A stretch of DNA of 64,000 bases from Iphione sp. A-MEVVRFRX5 (GCA_976226885.1 OZ320316.1:37262001-37326000); one strand, 5' to 3'; counted from the first letter of the stretch, positions 21,701 through 36,383 are shown. A program made the numbers and translations. Notes: generated from the sequence alone by a model not told the origin.

Positions 21701-24700
21701 ACCATTTCCTTTAGAATATCTAGCATCTTTCTTCTCCATTCAGAGTCACTTAACAGACGCAGGTTGCAATGAAAGGGGGTGTTAAGAGAAGAATTGTTCG
21801 GCTACCTTTCTGGGAATGTTTACCGCTAAAGGCGATGGTACCATAACGTTAAGATACAGAACTTGAGAGAGGTATGCGCAGGCTTTACCGACCAATGCAA
21901 CTGTAATTAGCAACGTACGACGTACATGCGTTTGTAAGGGGAAATTTTCCCGCACTGACAGCCGACCTGTTTCCTGTGTCAATCATGGCCGCAAACTTGA
22001 CTTAAAAAACCCACCATATTCCATATGTGATGATCTTTTTGAAAACATGCAGACTTGTCAACGAAATCATGCTTTCTCGCAGAGTTTGAACTAAGTTTCT
22101 ATCATATATTTCCAAATTAGAAAATACTGTAAAATCTGATATATGAGCGTTCAGTCAGAATATAATATAATAGGAAAGAACATGCAACATAAGAAACCTT
22201 GATGTCTCAGCTTTAATATGATGGTAAACATGTGTATATTGTGTATGAATTAGGTATGGGGAAAATCCTCTGTTCACTTTCATACTGCTTCTTTTGGAAT
22301 GTAAGCCTAAGATGGTTTACTGAAATACTTTTTGAATGTTTCTATTGAAATTGGCATATCTGGATACCTTTGTATGAATTTCATAATTAACAAAAATGTT
22401 TAGGAGAATCTAGTATGGTGTCACACTTTAGTCAGCATTCTCCATTGTTGCTATGGGACAAAATTTCACTGAATTATTCTATTTCAATAATATCAAATCT
22501 TTATAATTTAACAACCACTTGTGCAATTTAAAAATTCATGAAACAAAATAAAGTTGAGGATGTGCTCTGTCTACTAGATACAATGCTGATCAATGTCGAA
22601 GAAGAGATTTTCAGAAATGGTGTCACATTTCTACTGCACTGTTTCTTAGTGAACCATCGTTTCATATGCTGAAAAAAACCTTCGTTAGGTTGGCGACGTT
22701 TTCTGTCAACTGTGAGCGAGAAATCCTCATCACTAGTGTTGAGTTATCATCGTTAGCTTTGTGGTCATAGCTTCACCAGTTTACGCTGTCAATACAAGAT
22801 AGGTGATCGTCACCTGGCTTTGCCTCACCAGCGTCCTCTGTATGTACCATGTCACAAAAGGAAAAGCTCAGCTTGGCTTAGTTCTAGATGGTTAAGCGTG
22901 CAGCCCACTCTCCTGTGTCAACAGCTCTGTCAGCCTATAGGTTCACATCCATGCGCTTCATGCTCATCAGTTCCTTTCCCATCGGCCATACTACAGGCGG
23001 TTTGGGTTAAATCAAAACGCATCGAGGGCACTGACACAGATATTTCATTAATGAGCTTGATCGTTAGCATTACCTTGGCAGACTGCGGTTGCTCAGGCGA
23101 TATATACTTGTTATAGCTGCCCGGCTACATGGCCTGAACTGCTTCGTGTACCAAAATCATTTAGTGAACCTGAAACATGAAGTGCTTTAGAGGTACTCAG
23201 TCAAATTTGATATCCAAGAAAATTAGTTCCTCGCGCGACTTCGAGTATGCGGAGAAACAATTGCAACACTTATAGGCATGTCTTTGACACCTGCAAGACG
23301 GGCAAACACCTCAAGTTCTGTAGGAAGATTGTGCAGGCAAAAAGAATTCCGATCATAAAGATTAGAACCTCCTTCTACTGACTGTCTTTTAGGGAATGCT
23401 TGTATATACAATTGAACGCCAGAGCTGGGGATACCTTGGTTCCGTGCGAAAGTGTCCCCATTTATGAAGAATCCACACTTGTGAGAGCTACGTATAACCA
23501 TCGATGCAAAATCTTGGTTTAGAAATATCCGTCCAAGTTGGAGCTATGTGGGTCGGTTCTGAAACCTAGTCATGGGACTTCGGAAACCTCCTCTTGTGGC
23601 AGGCCACTAGGGGTTATCGAGCTGTGAGCATTACCACCGCCCACGAGGGTAAAACAGGTTTGACAATACTCAGATTGTCTATGCTGTACATAAAGAGTCA
23701 ACAAGCACTCCAGAAAGTTATCCCTGCTAATTGCTAACGCTGGTTGTTACCAAGAGGGGCCGTCCAGCTTTAAAGTTATTGTATCGTTAGCATTGATTGG
23801 TGAACAATATGAATATACGGAACAGCCCTTACTCGCTCTTGTCTCGTACATGTAAAACTTCTAGATGGTTCAACATGCCAAATACCCTATTTTTCCTTCA
23901 TGTTTTATCCGTGGAAAACAGGGTTGGCAGATTGGAAAAACGACGGGATAATCGCCCCCCCTCCAAAATGCAGAAAAATGGCAAAGATTAAAAAAATGAT
24001 AGACTATCTCAGTATGATAAATCAAAAAGCTAATTAGATTTTCATCTACATCTGTAGGGTTATGATTAGTCAGCTTTTCATCATCATGCATTCAGATAGT
24101 CTCTGAGGTCCAGTTAATAACCTATGATATCTCTAACTTGGTCTTGTGCAGTACCAATAAAGGTTGACCATAGAACATTGGTTGGCTCTCAACATACCTA
24201 ATATACGGATCTATTATGCGATATCATGTCATCAAATATAATGATATTCTCGTGTGATTAACGCGAATTTCCATTAATTATAGTGGATTAATACCAGTTC
24301 AGTAAGACTGACGTTTTGTTGAGAGCCCAAGCCTAAACATTTATGTTTAGCCTACTACAATGCTAACTGTATTGCAACTTTTAGGGACAGTTGGCCTACA
24401 TTTACGAAACACTCTGTGTATGAATTTTCTTAACTTCGAGATGAATTCTACAGAAACCAATACAGTTAAAATCACCCATTCTAGTTGTCTTTATCCACAT
24501 AAACATTTATTTTTTTGTATGAATAAGGGTTACTGAAGAAGGACTAACTGTACATTTTATCTTGTTTTAATAATCTAAGAAATAACTGGCTGGAAAAGAA
24601 AGAAAATCTGGAAAATTACTTTTTTCCACATTTTTTTCCTACCACTTGGAAAAATGAGTACTTTTCTGTAAAAAACATTCCTGATTCATTATGCTATATG

Positions 24701-25779
24701 ATATGTACTAGGTTGCTGATATAAACTATATTCATCTACCTAAAGTGATTTGAGAAAGAATTTCGACCAGAATCTCTTCGACATTTGGATGTCACTTTCA
24801 TTGGCCAATTTGTCCAGCATATTGGTTGCCAATACTTTCCTTATCCTCGGTGGCGGTTATGCATGGATGTCGGTCTGTGGTGATTTTAGCTATATTACGT
24901 TGTTGGTTTTGGAATTCAGTTTTGATATTTTCATGAATTTAAATCTAAAGTGTTTAAACATGGATTAGAATTAAACGAAATCCTGCCTAGCCAAGGTGGC
25001 AATATTCTACATGTGAATATGAGCTCCATCAAGTGTGCATGAAAGGACGCTCAACTTTCTAGAGTAAAATAAAAGGATTTATACATATCCAAGGAAGGAA
25101 AATTACTGAACACATTGATGACCTCTTTGTTCTGATATGGCTAAATAGTGACGATGAACTAGACAAATCCACGATGACGCAAATCTTCACATTCTCCAGT
25201 TAAAGGTCACAACACGACAAAGAAGTTAAAATAGATATAACGGTGTCCTGGTTTCAACGTTGAACACAAAAGTATAGGTAGAACAAAATGCAGTAGGCAA
25301 AGCTTACTACATCCCGACGCATCATGAACAGATGAAAAATGCCTACTATACAGTAAATCCATAAGGATATGAAGACTACGCAACAAAAATGAAGACTAAG
25401 GAAAGCCAAAGATTGTATTAGCAAAGGTACCTACTAGGTACTGCATCACATATCTACATAAAACAATAAAGAAAGATAAGTTGATCGATTAAAATAACAG
25501 ATTGTTATTATCACATAAACGAAAAGCCCTATACGTCATTGTGACTAAGTTTTTTCAACGAAAGACCCACGGATGGCATTTTGCAAGTTCTCCGTGGAAA
25601 ACGTAAACATTGTATAAGAAATACCAGTCCTGGCTACCGTTACCGGCTAAATGAGAAAGAAAGTACATAGTAAAACGTCAATACAAAACCTTTAGTGAAT
25701 GTAAATATACATTCTACATGGTTATTCAAATCAGTCGAAAAATGAGCATACCCTAAAATAGGAAACAGCAACTACGAAC

Positions 25780-26040
25780 CTAAAAAATACATCAAAGTTA
25801 AGATACATCTTATATATAAGGACTGCTTTTGTCTTACGAGATGTCAGTAAGAAAAGAAATTCAACCACTGAACTTGCGTAACTATGCATTATAAAGGCGT
25901 GAGAAACTCCACAATAACACTGGTGGAAATCATCCATAAAGAGCATCCTGTTGAAGACGCGCGAATACTAAGAAACGTAGTAGAAAAATAGTGGATTCAT
26001 AGATTGAAAGCACTTGCTGACGCCAAGGGAACTAAAACCG
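25780..26040 (+). mobile_element. Decayed Penelope-like element fragment (GIY-YIG endonuclease C-terminus)
   Basis: Pieces DVSKKRNSTTELA and ILRNVVEK*WIHRLKALADAKG resemble the E..WI..L.TL.P.GLN end of Penelope ORFs; many stops. Confidence 0.35.
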
Positions 26041-28454
26041 ATACAACAAATTCAAATAAGTAATACCGTCGAGTTCCATTTCCCCCTTGTCACACCCAAC
26101 CTCATCTTTAAAAAATGCACTGCATTTGTATTAATAGGAAAGTGAATCTAGTCACTTACAATGGGTTTCAACCATTTTACTTTCGGTGAGGGACAATTGA
26201 AACCCATAAGAATCGTTGCAAGCGCCTACATTCAAAACAAACAAATCATTGTCCAAAAATGTATCCAGAACTGTATAACTCGTTGTCGCTGTATAAAGAT
26301 GACTACAGTACTATGAAAAGAACTTCAACATCACCCAGATGACCACTCTTCGTGAAACGTACGACATTGATTGTCAACTTAGTCATAGGTATTTTGTACA
26401 TTTCCTACTTCAGGGTGTGGTGAAGGCATATCTACAATCAATCGGAATTTCGTGTGTGACCATGTTGACATCACTGGTGTTGCGTTTCGGCTTGTGTTGC
26501 GCTGCCTTGGTGCAACCCCATTGCACAATTCAACCTCGCGCCAGATGAGCTGAGGCATAAATATAGTCGCATTGCAAGGAGGAATGGCATCACTTCCTTT
26601 GTATTATTCTGCAAGCGCAATTAAGGCATCGATTTCAAACAAAAGGTATAGATTTATTAGGACCTGTGTGCCTGTACCTCCACCCAAAATACATCAGCCT
26701 ACGACTTGGGCAGCTTTCATATAGTTCCCTTTCTTTTGGCTGGATGGACCAAGGCTGCTTTGAGCCTGCTATTTATTCGGATGTTGCTGGAACCTGCATG
26801 TGAAGCGTCTCGGGTCCACTACCGACTTGGCTAGGTTAATGCCAGCGCCCGCCCCTTGTACGGCTCATCGGTATGATTGGGGCATCGCAATTGAGCACGT
26901 GTGGGCGGGGGGCTAGATGGTTCTGACCCGTTGTCCTTTTGCCTCTGCATAAGATTCTTTTTGTTTGTATGTTCGGATTGAAACATAAACGCTACGCATA
27001 TCCAACGGTTTCGACTGGGCATTTTCCCCGACCAGAAGAAAGGTGTCTCTCGAGGAGTAGCTGTTGGTCGTGAAAGGACGCATGCATTAAGCATCCTTTA
27101 CGAAGATGAATAGACAGATAGGTCTGTAGAGGACCACCATAATTGATGTTTGAATCCCCATTGTAATTATTATTTATAGGAAATGCGGATCGGTTACGTC
27201 TGATTGTTTCTGTCACTACTCTGGTCTTTTTGTATCAGAATCTTGTCTCTGTTTTGCCAAAGCTTTTTTGATGCACATTGCAGGAGTTGCGACTGCGAAC
27301 AGTTGGCATTATATGATGTCCTTACTTTCCTAAGTGGAATGTTGGGCTGTATAGGTAGAACCTTTCCTGTTTGGCGGCTCTATCTTTAGTGTGCGTGTGT
27401 TCTGACATACTGTCAGTATTCTCTGACGTCAGAGTGACACTTTGAACACCTAGATATTCAGCACGTTCATAGGTATGTCTTGGGTATTTATGTGTCAAGA
27501 GCATCCACTTCCGTCAAGCCCCTAATTGGTGTGTTTCGTATGGGCTTCATCGGTTCAGTTCAGTTTGGTTGAGAGCGTGAGATAAGCAAAGGTGCTCCAC
27601 ATTGGCACTAGCACCACTTCTAACTTTTGAGGCTTCTGTCACCATGTCGGGCTATAGGTGGCAGCACAGTCAGCTAATGAGCCGTACAGGGCAGACTCGT
27701 ATCCAGGTCAACTCAGCTGAAGGCTCCAACCTGTAGATAGGGGCGTCACCTTTAAAGGATGGGGACGGGGCGGAGGACAGTCCAGCTTGTTAGACGTCCC
27801 CATATGCTGGACCATATGGTAAAGCTGGGCTGGTCTTGGTCCTGGCTCTTTCCCAGAGGTGCAAACGTTTGGCTAGCTCACTCTGGAGCGTACTAGTGAA
27901 ATCTTCTGAGTTGCAACCACCTTCACCGATTTGACAAGGGAATCATGCGTTTGAGTCACAAGAAAGGACGGTGGTCGCCAATAGGAGATAAGGCAGTGGT
28001 GATTTGGTCTATGAGTAGTCTCAAATCATTTCACCAGCATGGTTCATACTGAAGCCTCAAAATTATAGGATCAGCTTGCAAGCATCATGGTCTTCAGAAA
28101 GCTATTGGTATTACTTGTCCGATTAGTTTGCAGCAAGCTCTTAGAGCAATTTGTTGTCTGTTATTTGTTGCAAGATCGTTTGTGGGTGGGGGAGTTATTT
28201 GTTCAGCCTCTACGTAAACATAGCTGACTTCCGCATTATACGAAGTGAACTGGCATAGATTATGCAGGTTGAGTAACCGCGGAGGGAAGACACTGTCCAT
28301 ATTTACTAAACACGCCTCTCTCTTATTATATATAGTGGCTTCTTTCGAAACAGTCAGGGCTTTTCCCCATAAATTCCCAATAGTTTGTAAAAGAGAGAAC
28401 AGAAGGATATCCTTTTGTGAGACGCAATCTCTGTATCCCCATGTACTTCCTCTG

Positions 28455-28660
28455 TGCATAGCCCAGACTATCTGATTCCCCATGTATCCCACCACACCAT
28501 ATTGCTCGAGTAGGCCAGGCTTTCAATCTCCCCATGTATCCTATTGCTTGAGTAGGCTAGGCTCTCAACCTCTCCACGTATCCTATTGCTTGAGTAGGTC
28601 AAGCTCTCAGTCTTCCCTTGTATCCTTATGCTTGAGTAGGTAAGCCTGTCTATCTCTGCA
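28455..28660. repeat. 42-bp tandem repeat, 4-5 diverged copies
   Basis: Unit approx. TATTGCTTGAGTAGGCTAGGCTCTCAACCTCTCCACGTATCC. The minus strand translates as a 14-aa repeat (RIHGEIESLAYSSN; ORF 28468-28677). Confidence 0.8.
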
Positions 28661-31600
28661 TGTAACCTCCTCCTCAAGAAGGTCAGCCTGTGAAAACCCT
28701 GCCTGGTGACAAGTCAAGGTGCTGACGTCAAACTCGTACTAGTCCTTGTCCTGAGAAGGCATCCTCATTGTTAATGTGTGCCTACTATTGGTTGGTGCGG
28801 TACTAGAAAGTGCCTCTTTTCCTCTGTGTTCAAGTGGGCTTACCCGTCCCACCCCATATACCAGCATCAAATACAAGGTTAATGATGAATCCTGTTAGAT
28901 GAACCTTCGCTTTATCAAAAGTATAAAATAAACAACTGGCATATCTTGCGATCCCGCCCAAATACTGTAAACCATCGTGACCGATTAATTTGATATGAAC
29001 AGAGCGGACACACACATCGAGCATATTGAGTCCTATCAGGCCATAGTGGGGAACTCTCAAACAATTTCGTAAGGATGCGATGGCCACTATGTAAGTTAGT
29101 TATCGTGTGGAGCATCTTATTCCGAAAACCATCCCACGCGCTAAATGCCGCTCACATCAGTGGCAGTCCTCACACACTGCACCAACGTGGCTAGTTCTGC
29201 GTGTATGCTTCGCTATTACCTACGTCCTAGATGGAACAAACCATACTGCTTGGCCCCCTACTGTGCCTATCTAACCACCGCCAAAGAGAGCATAAAATCA
29301 TTAACCCTGAAGTTGACTTGGCTCTAATTTTGTTTGTAGACGGTAGTAACTTGTAGGGTGGTTGTAATAAAGTCAAAATATCTAATCAGTCGGGCGATTG
29401 TCATCAGCTAGCAATGATGAAGGACGTGAATACGTGGCTATGATTGGGTAGTAGATAGAGTAGGCTAGTAGAGTTTTAAGGGCGGAGGATGTTTCCTTAC
29501 CGACGTTTTCCTCTGACACATGTCCTCACCTACTATCTACCCCGACTCCATGAGAGGAGATGCTCTGGCATACCCTTAGTTGGGCATGAGGGAATGATGA
29601 GATGGCTTCTTTGTCGTGGAGGGCAAAACTTACAAAATAATAAAAGACGACTTAAAAGACGACTTAAGAAGCAACAGCGAGTCCTGCACACAGGACGTCT
29701 GACGTCCCTGTACTGACCAAACCTGGACCCGTATTCCTGCTGAGTAAAAGCCCGTGGGACCTTCCTCCATGAAAAGCTTCTCGGGTATTGTATTGAGTCA
29801 AACCAATGGTCTAAACGACGGTTGTGCGCATGACCAACATCGCTAATATCCAGGGGACTGGATCTTATATCGGCTATATGCAATGGAAGGTTATTCTGAC
29901 TGTTAGTAAAGTGGTCTAAACGAAATCGCCCGAGCGATCCGCAGGTCACACCCACTAAGGAGAACCACTGCTTACTCTTCTACGCAAGCCCAATTCCGTG
30001 TGATGCCCGCGCGGATTGATATTCCGCTGCACAAGGAATCACGTCTGTGATGCATTCCTTTTGTGACAGTAATGAAGTTATCTTAAACAGCAACTGAAAA
30101 ACATGTTTATTTATCATGGCAGATGAGTATCTTGATGGGCACAGTGTTTTAAAATAAACAACTGCGTTTTTAAAAATTTTCTGACAGAAAAGTTGATGGA
30201 CATAAAAGAACGTTTTATTGTAAGATCTCCGCCAATGAATATGTGGATATTTTCCCAGACAGACGGTTGCTTTTGCAAGTGCCAGAGATCAGAGGTGAAC
30301 TATTGTTACAAGGACCCTTCCAATCAAAGGCGCATTATATAGTATTCTAAAGCCTCCGTTGAAACCTTACTTCGTTAGTGATTCGTATAGAATTGAAGAG
30401 GTGCCTCACATGAGAAGATTTACGCTTTGACCTTTACCTGCAAAAAGTTTTGTCTGTGTTCGTATAATTTCCGTTGTTTGCTCTTAGGCTAAGTTTTGCG
30501 AAGATAGTAAAATAAACTTTGTTCAGACAAGAGCCTGAAATAAGCTCCATGTTACTTTTCTGATGCTGCAGGTCTCATTTGTCACACGTACACATTATTT
30601 GTCCAGTGGGAAAGGAGTTGCCTGGCAGCGAGTAATGGGGTGCCACCTAGGCTGTCTCCAGCTTAAGTATCTCCCATCAACAGCACAGGTGTCCTACACT
30701 ATTGAAACGCCATGTGTACAGGTTGGCACGGGCGTCAGGCCGTTTTTGGTCTGACGTGAGCGCTGTTGCGGACCAGGCCCTCTTTCCGCCGGTGTGTATT
30801 TCGATACTTACCCGCACGATACGGCGCCACAGCTGCAATCTCCCGCACATTTAGGTGTCATGTAGGAATGGCCGGCCATCAGGTGCAATGTTTCCTTATG
30901 CCTTTGTGATTAGTTGAATACTCAGGCGAGTTGTGATACGAGTAAAGTTCGTTTCGCCAGTGTTTCGGCAGGGACTGCAGCAGGTGTCCGCTTTCGGAAG
31001 GGGTTGTCATGTACTTCAACTAAAAGATGTTAAATACACATGCTCAGAAATGGTGTTGCAGTTTAAGCTACCAAAAGATAATAGCACCATGTAAAGGCAG
31101 AGTTACCGTCACACACAGTTGGTACTAAGGAAAGACATACTGACATATCAACAACCAGACAATTAGTCCTCTGGTCGAGAAAATCCAAGATAGAAATGGG
31201 TGATGATGGTGTAAAAACAGAGGTTCAGACAGATGTAATATAAGATAAAGGATGTATACAGAATTATTTCTTACACACTAAGTAGATGTTTTGTCTAACT
31301 GAAGAATAAAGTGAGGAAAGATACAAGTTACTAAAGTATTTCGTAGCTACGGATCCTTGTTGTAAAATGGCAGCTGGTTTCCGATTTGAGCTGTAGGTTT
31401 TGCAAAGTCAAATTTACCAAACAGCTACAGGAGACACAGAAATTGATCACCTTATGTCTACATTCATTGTTACCTTCAAAGCCATGATTGTGTAACTACT
31501 TATGTTTCAGTATTGAAGCTTATTTAAGACCTTTGATAAGTCGCACAATTCAGTAAATGCATACGTATATAATTACATTGATGCTTACACTTATGAAAGA

Positions 31601-32999
31601 AACAGAAGCAGAGAAAATGAGAAACAGACTGCTTGCCAAGAGGCAGACCGACAATCAGACAATCTGACAGTTAGACAAACAAATAAAGTCACTCTGGCCT
31701 TTGAACCATCACATGCGTGTCAATCGTCTGTCAACATTACGTATTACCGGCGTTATGTATCTCCATCACTGGTGAGGAAACATGGAAGCAATCTTCCGTA
31801 GCTCTCTATCAAAACGATACTGTGCTGTGAGTCAGGGGCCTGATGGGCCACAGTAAAATGCAGTTGCAGCACAAGCACAGTACAAGCGCGACAATACAGT
31901 GTATTATGTTTTCTTTTTCGAGCACGTGGACTGGCAAGAGTCAAAAGCATCTGAAAGAAAGTATTCTTGCTAATGAGAAGGTATCCAGTGTTAAGTCTTT
32001 TCTCTATTCCACCCTGTCTCTCCCTCTCTTCTCGTCGTGTAGTTCTGTTTTCAACTATTATCCTTCCTTGATCATCGTTACTCTGGCTCTTAAAATCGTC
32101 GCTCCTCTTTAAATTTGATCTTGGCCAAAGTACGGCCAAATATTTGGTTCTGTGTAGGATATCTTTTCTAGGGCAGTTCTTTTGCTATTGTCTTGTTCGG
32201 GCGCTTCGCGGAAACACCGTGGCGTTTCCCAATTTTTTGTTCACGGCGTCTATGTATAGTGTCTTTCGATAGAATACCATCCTCCGTAGGCTCCTATCAC
32301 TGCAACCCACTGAGGAATAGCCCTATCCTTGCTTACACGGGATGCCACAGTAACAGTGCACCGACGATACGCAGAGACAACACACAAGAGGAACCAACCG
32401 GGAATGCTATTATAAAAAGAAGTAGCGGCATTCTCATGGTGAAGCATCAAGGAATCACCGATTCAGAGTGTCTGCTCTGCGATTAAGAAAGATACAGATA
32501 ACAAAAAGGGAGTATATGTTTTCCTCTCTGAAAGAAGGAAAAAGAGGGAGCGAGAGAAAATAAAGAAAGAGACAGGTGGTGATATTAATCTATACGAAAA
32601 ACTAAGGAAGGTTGTGAGAGATAAATCGTCTGACTACATACTGCGTGAAAGGAAAACGTCCATGCTAAAAAGAAAGTTGTACGTGGAGATATGGTCAGGC
32701 AGAACGACTCAGAAAACGCCATTGAGAAAACACCATATAACGGTATATAAATGTTGAGGCAGTGAGAATATAATTATGTTTGTATGCAGATAGAAAATTA
32801 AGGCCCACACATTGCAAAACAAGCTCTACACTGGCAGTCTGACAGGCAATGATATACCAAGGTGGTGGTGGTGGAAGCGGGGGAGATCATGAGAATTTTC
32901 GAATGTTATTCCGACTGTACTTTAATTATTTGTCAAGAATTTATACGCATGCGCGCTAACGAGCAGCAACCTGAGATATTGAGTTCCATGATAGAACGA

Positions 33000-34940
33000 A
33001 GCATTTGGTAGAAGATCTCTTGCGAGTGCTTGTAACATAAATTCTACCAGGTGATGTATTTGCTTAATCATATCTACGACAGTCAGCTGTCGTACTGAAT
33101 CAATGATTGATCTCGTCATCACAAATATTAGTTCAGAGGCGCTTAGTGTGAAGGTGAGCCTGTTGTCACCATATGGTATTGTGTAAACTGTCACAGAGCT
33201 GGTACGAGAAAGAGGGTACTATGACAATGAGAAGCAAAACGAATTTTGACGAGAATGTGTACATTGAGAATATGTCAGATTTCTTGTCTAGAATTGATGT
33301 ATCAAGGTATTCAGTGTTGCGTTGTTGGGGACTACCTGAACCCCCCCAAAAAGTTAGGAACATTAAAAGACCTATTAGCATCTGAATAACTCCAGAAACC
33401 AAAATTAAAATCAAAGAAAAGAACAGGTTGCACTGTAAAGCGAGTGGAGGATTGGTTAGAGTTTAAGGTGAAAGGAAAGGTGGTGATGTATGCCGCAAGA
33501 AAGGATAAACTAACATACATATAACAAAAGTAAGGAATTTCATGATGATATTCGAAAATTTTGGTCATGCATCAAGACATCCCTGGGTTATGGTGCTAAG
33601 CATGACACTGAGATCTAGATTGTAGAGAATCGTGTAGTTGTATCCCGAGAGTTAGTATGTACACAGCTTAATGAGTTTTATACCAATATTGGTAAAAAGG
33701 TGTTAGAACAAGTTTTGTAGGAGCTGATTTGATAGGTGCTTTGGACCTGCCATTAGTGAATGGTTACTTAAGCAATTTTGTGACAAATGACGTAGAAGTC
33801 ATTAATGCCAACAAATCTTTTTCTAATAACAAAGCATCATGTATTAGTGATATGCCACAGAGGATATTCATAAGATTATTTTTAAAGAATCCTAATATCT
33901 TGACACAGATTTTTAATGCAAGTTTTGCCACCAGGGAACTACCTCTCTCATGGAAGATTAGTATAGTCATGCCAATTCCTAAAAGGATGAACGCTAAGGA
34001 AGTAGTCTACTTCTGTCCAATAAGTTTGTTAGATTTCGTAGCAAAACTCCAGGAGCGTGAAGTCCATTACAGATTTACAGTTATATGGAGCAAAATAATA
34101 TTTTCTGCCCGAGGCAATATGGATTTAGGAAAAAATATTCCACGGAGAGGGCAATCTCAAACTTAACTAACACAATTCATAGAGCCCTTAATAGTAAACC
34201 CATGGTGACAGGGGTGTTTATAGATCTGCAAAAAACGTTTGATTCGATTAACCACGATATATTACTCCAAACTCTAGCCACAATTAATCTTTCAACTTTT
34301 AAACCTGGGCTAGATTTAAAATTATTTGCATAGTCGTTCACTACGGGTTCGGTATAATGGTACCACCTCTAAGAAAAACGGGCTGACCGTGGGGTTCCAC
34401 AAGGGTCCATTTTGGGCCGGCTATTCTTCACTATCTTTATTAACTCCCTACCATCATGTGTAAAGTACTCTGGAATTTTTATGTATGGAGACGATATTGC
34501 AATGATAACAACAGGTGTCAGCATAAAGGAAGTTCAGTTGAAAAGGAAGGAAGATTTAGCAAATATTCTGACTTGGACTAGGAAAATGCGCATACTTGTA
34601 AATGCTTCAAAAACATATGCAATACATTTTCACGATGGCAGGGTTAGGGAAACACTACCGCCTTCAATCGGCGTGGGTGACCACAAAATTGTTATGGCAA
34701 AGGAGGAAACCTATCTCGGGGTAATTCTTGACAATAAATTAAAGTTAGCAAGGTACCAAAGACTGCTGACAAGAAAACTTGATATGAAGTTGTCGCATTT
34801 CAGAGTAGTGAAGCGTATACTTTTTAAATCCATTGGTCGCTTGCAAAGGTTCTCTGTGGGTGATCCAACAGTACGTAATTTGTCAGTAAATATAACCACA
34901 ATCGTAAGGCCACCTGAACAAGCACACATAATATTATAAG
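33000..34940 (+). mobile_element. Decayed non-LTR retrotransposon (CR1/L2/Crack group), APE end plus RT
   Basis: MIDLVITN (APE end), FPLSWKISIVMPIPK-like segment, PISLL, QYGFRKKYSTE...VFIDLQKTFDSINHDILL, GVPQGSILG..FFTIFINSLP...MYGDDIAM and YLGVILDNKL, broken by frameshifts and stops. Confidence 0.85.
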
Positions 34941-35449
34941 GAGCCTGTAACCCCTTATCTACAGTCCCCATATCTGTCTTCAAGACTATCCTTGCTGACC
35001 TTTGATCCTACACAATTGGATGAAATAGGATCAGAGTCACGTCACCTTGACTTATCGAGGCTGTTTGAAGTTGTTGACCTAAGCCTCTGACTGTTAAGAA
35101 AGAATGATTGCGCGAGGGTTAGAAGCAAAAGAGAGAAGAGCAAAGACCGAATATATTGATCAGATACAGACAAGAACGTCTCTCGGTAGTTCGTGGACTT
35201 AAAACTATGCAAAACTGCAGCAAGTAGAGTACATTAATTTTTGTTAGCGGAATTTTCGGTTTAGTCAAGCACGTGATCATTTCAAATAAAAGCCAACAAT
35301 AACGTATGTGAAAACTCTGCCTATCCTTAAAACGTTGGCCAACTTGGACTTCATACTATGCCGCAATGCTTGCTAACAATACCAGTAACAAGAGTTCTTG
35401 TTCGCACCCCTCATATTACACTCCAACAATTATAATATTCATATTCTGT

Positions 35450-36330
35450 ATCGGTTTTTTCCTGTTTGTATATTCATTTCGGGGACTTTCTAGATGTTTT
35501 CCTTACATATGTACCACATCGTGATATTTGACGAAGAATGTACCTCGAATCGAAACGATGAAAGATTCTGGCTTCCACTTACTGGTCTACTGTGAGCAAG
35601 ATTGATGTGAATATTTTTGATGGCCTCCTGGAAAGATTGAGTAATAGAGAATACGTAACAAGGAAACGAAATGAGTGGATAAACAATAGATTTCACTTTA
35701 CATTTTGAGTATCCCGTTGTTTTGTGTGGCTATATAAAACCAGTTTAAAACATTTTGATATAAAGTCTTGTCTGTTTTAGAGAAAAAGGAAAGTTCAAAG
35801 AGCCCCTTAACGTCATATGTAAAGTATGTGTTTATATAGACAAAAATATTACTTTTCATACTTCTGTAATCAAGTTCCATGCCACATATTGATACAAAAG
35901 TAGAGAAGGGCTCTCAAATCTTACACAATTTTTATTTATCCTGGCAATCCAAATGGTGCCAGCGTATGCTACTACAGTCATTCAGGTTGGTGCGATACTA
36001 TGTACAATATATTTACAGTATATACAGGTGGAACAATATTATGACAATGTGAATGCTACATGAATAATAGGAGTAAACATGCGAACCAGAACATGACTTG
36101 ATATTCATTTAGACTTGATTAGATCAAGGTACACGCCAATTTTGATTGCATAGTTTAACAAATAGTTGCTGTTTTAAAGTTCTCTTGAAAATAGTCTTAG
36201 GAAGGAGTTTTGTGCTCTTCTCAAGCTTATTCCATAGGTTTTTAGCAAAATAGTTGGGACTTAGTTTGTACAGGGCGCCCTTAGTTCATATTAGAATAGG
36301 AGTAGAGAAAATATCCACAAGGTGCATAGT
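35450..36330 (-). mobile_element. Highly decayed LINE C-terminal fragments
   Basis: Minus-strand pieces such as LRILYYSIF and AKNLWNKLEKSTKLLPKTIFKRTLKQQL resemble the L2-type ORF2 tail (WN.L...FK..LK). Confidence 0.3.
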
Positions 36331-36383
36331 CAAGAGAGCAGCACAGTTGACAATCAACATTTCGCAGCTCCGAATGGGAAACA

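Noticed and set aside
26800-27320. Minus-strand LINE endonuclease relic (VTET, GDSN pieces)
   Set aside because: Motif spacing is far too short for an APE domain, and the matches are too weak to call.
30804-30830. ATACTTACC resembling the U1 snRNA 5' end
   Set aside because: Similarity stops after 9 nt. It is simply the reverse complement of a splice donor.
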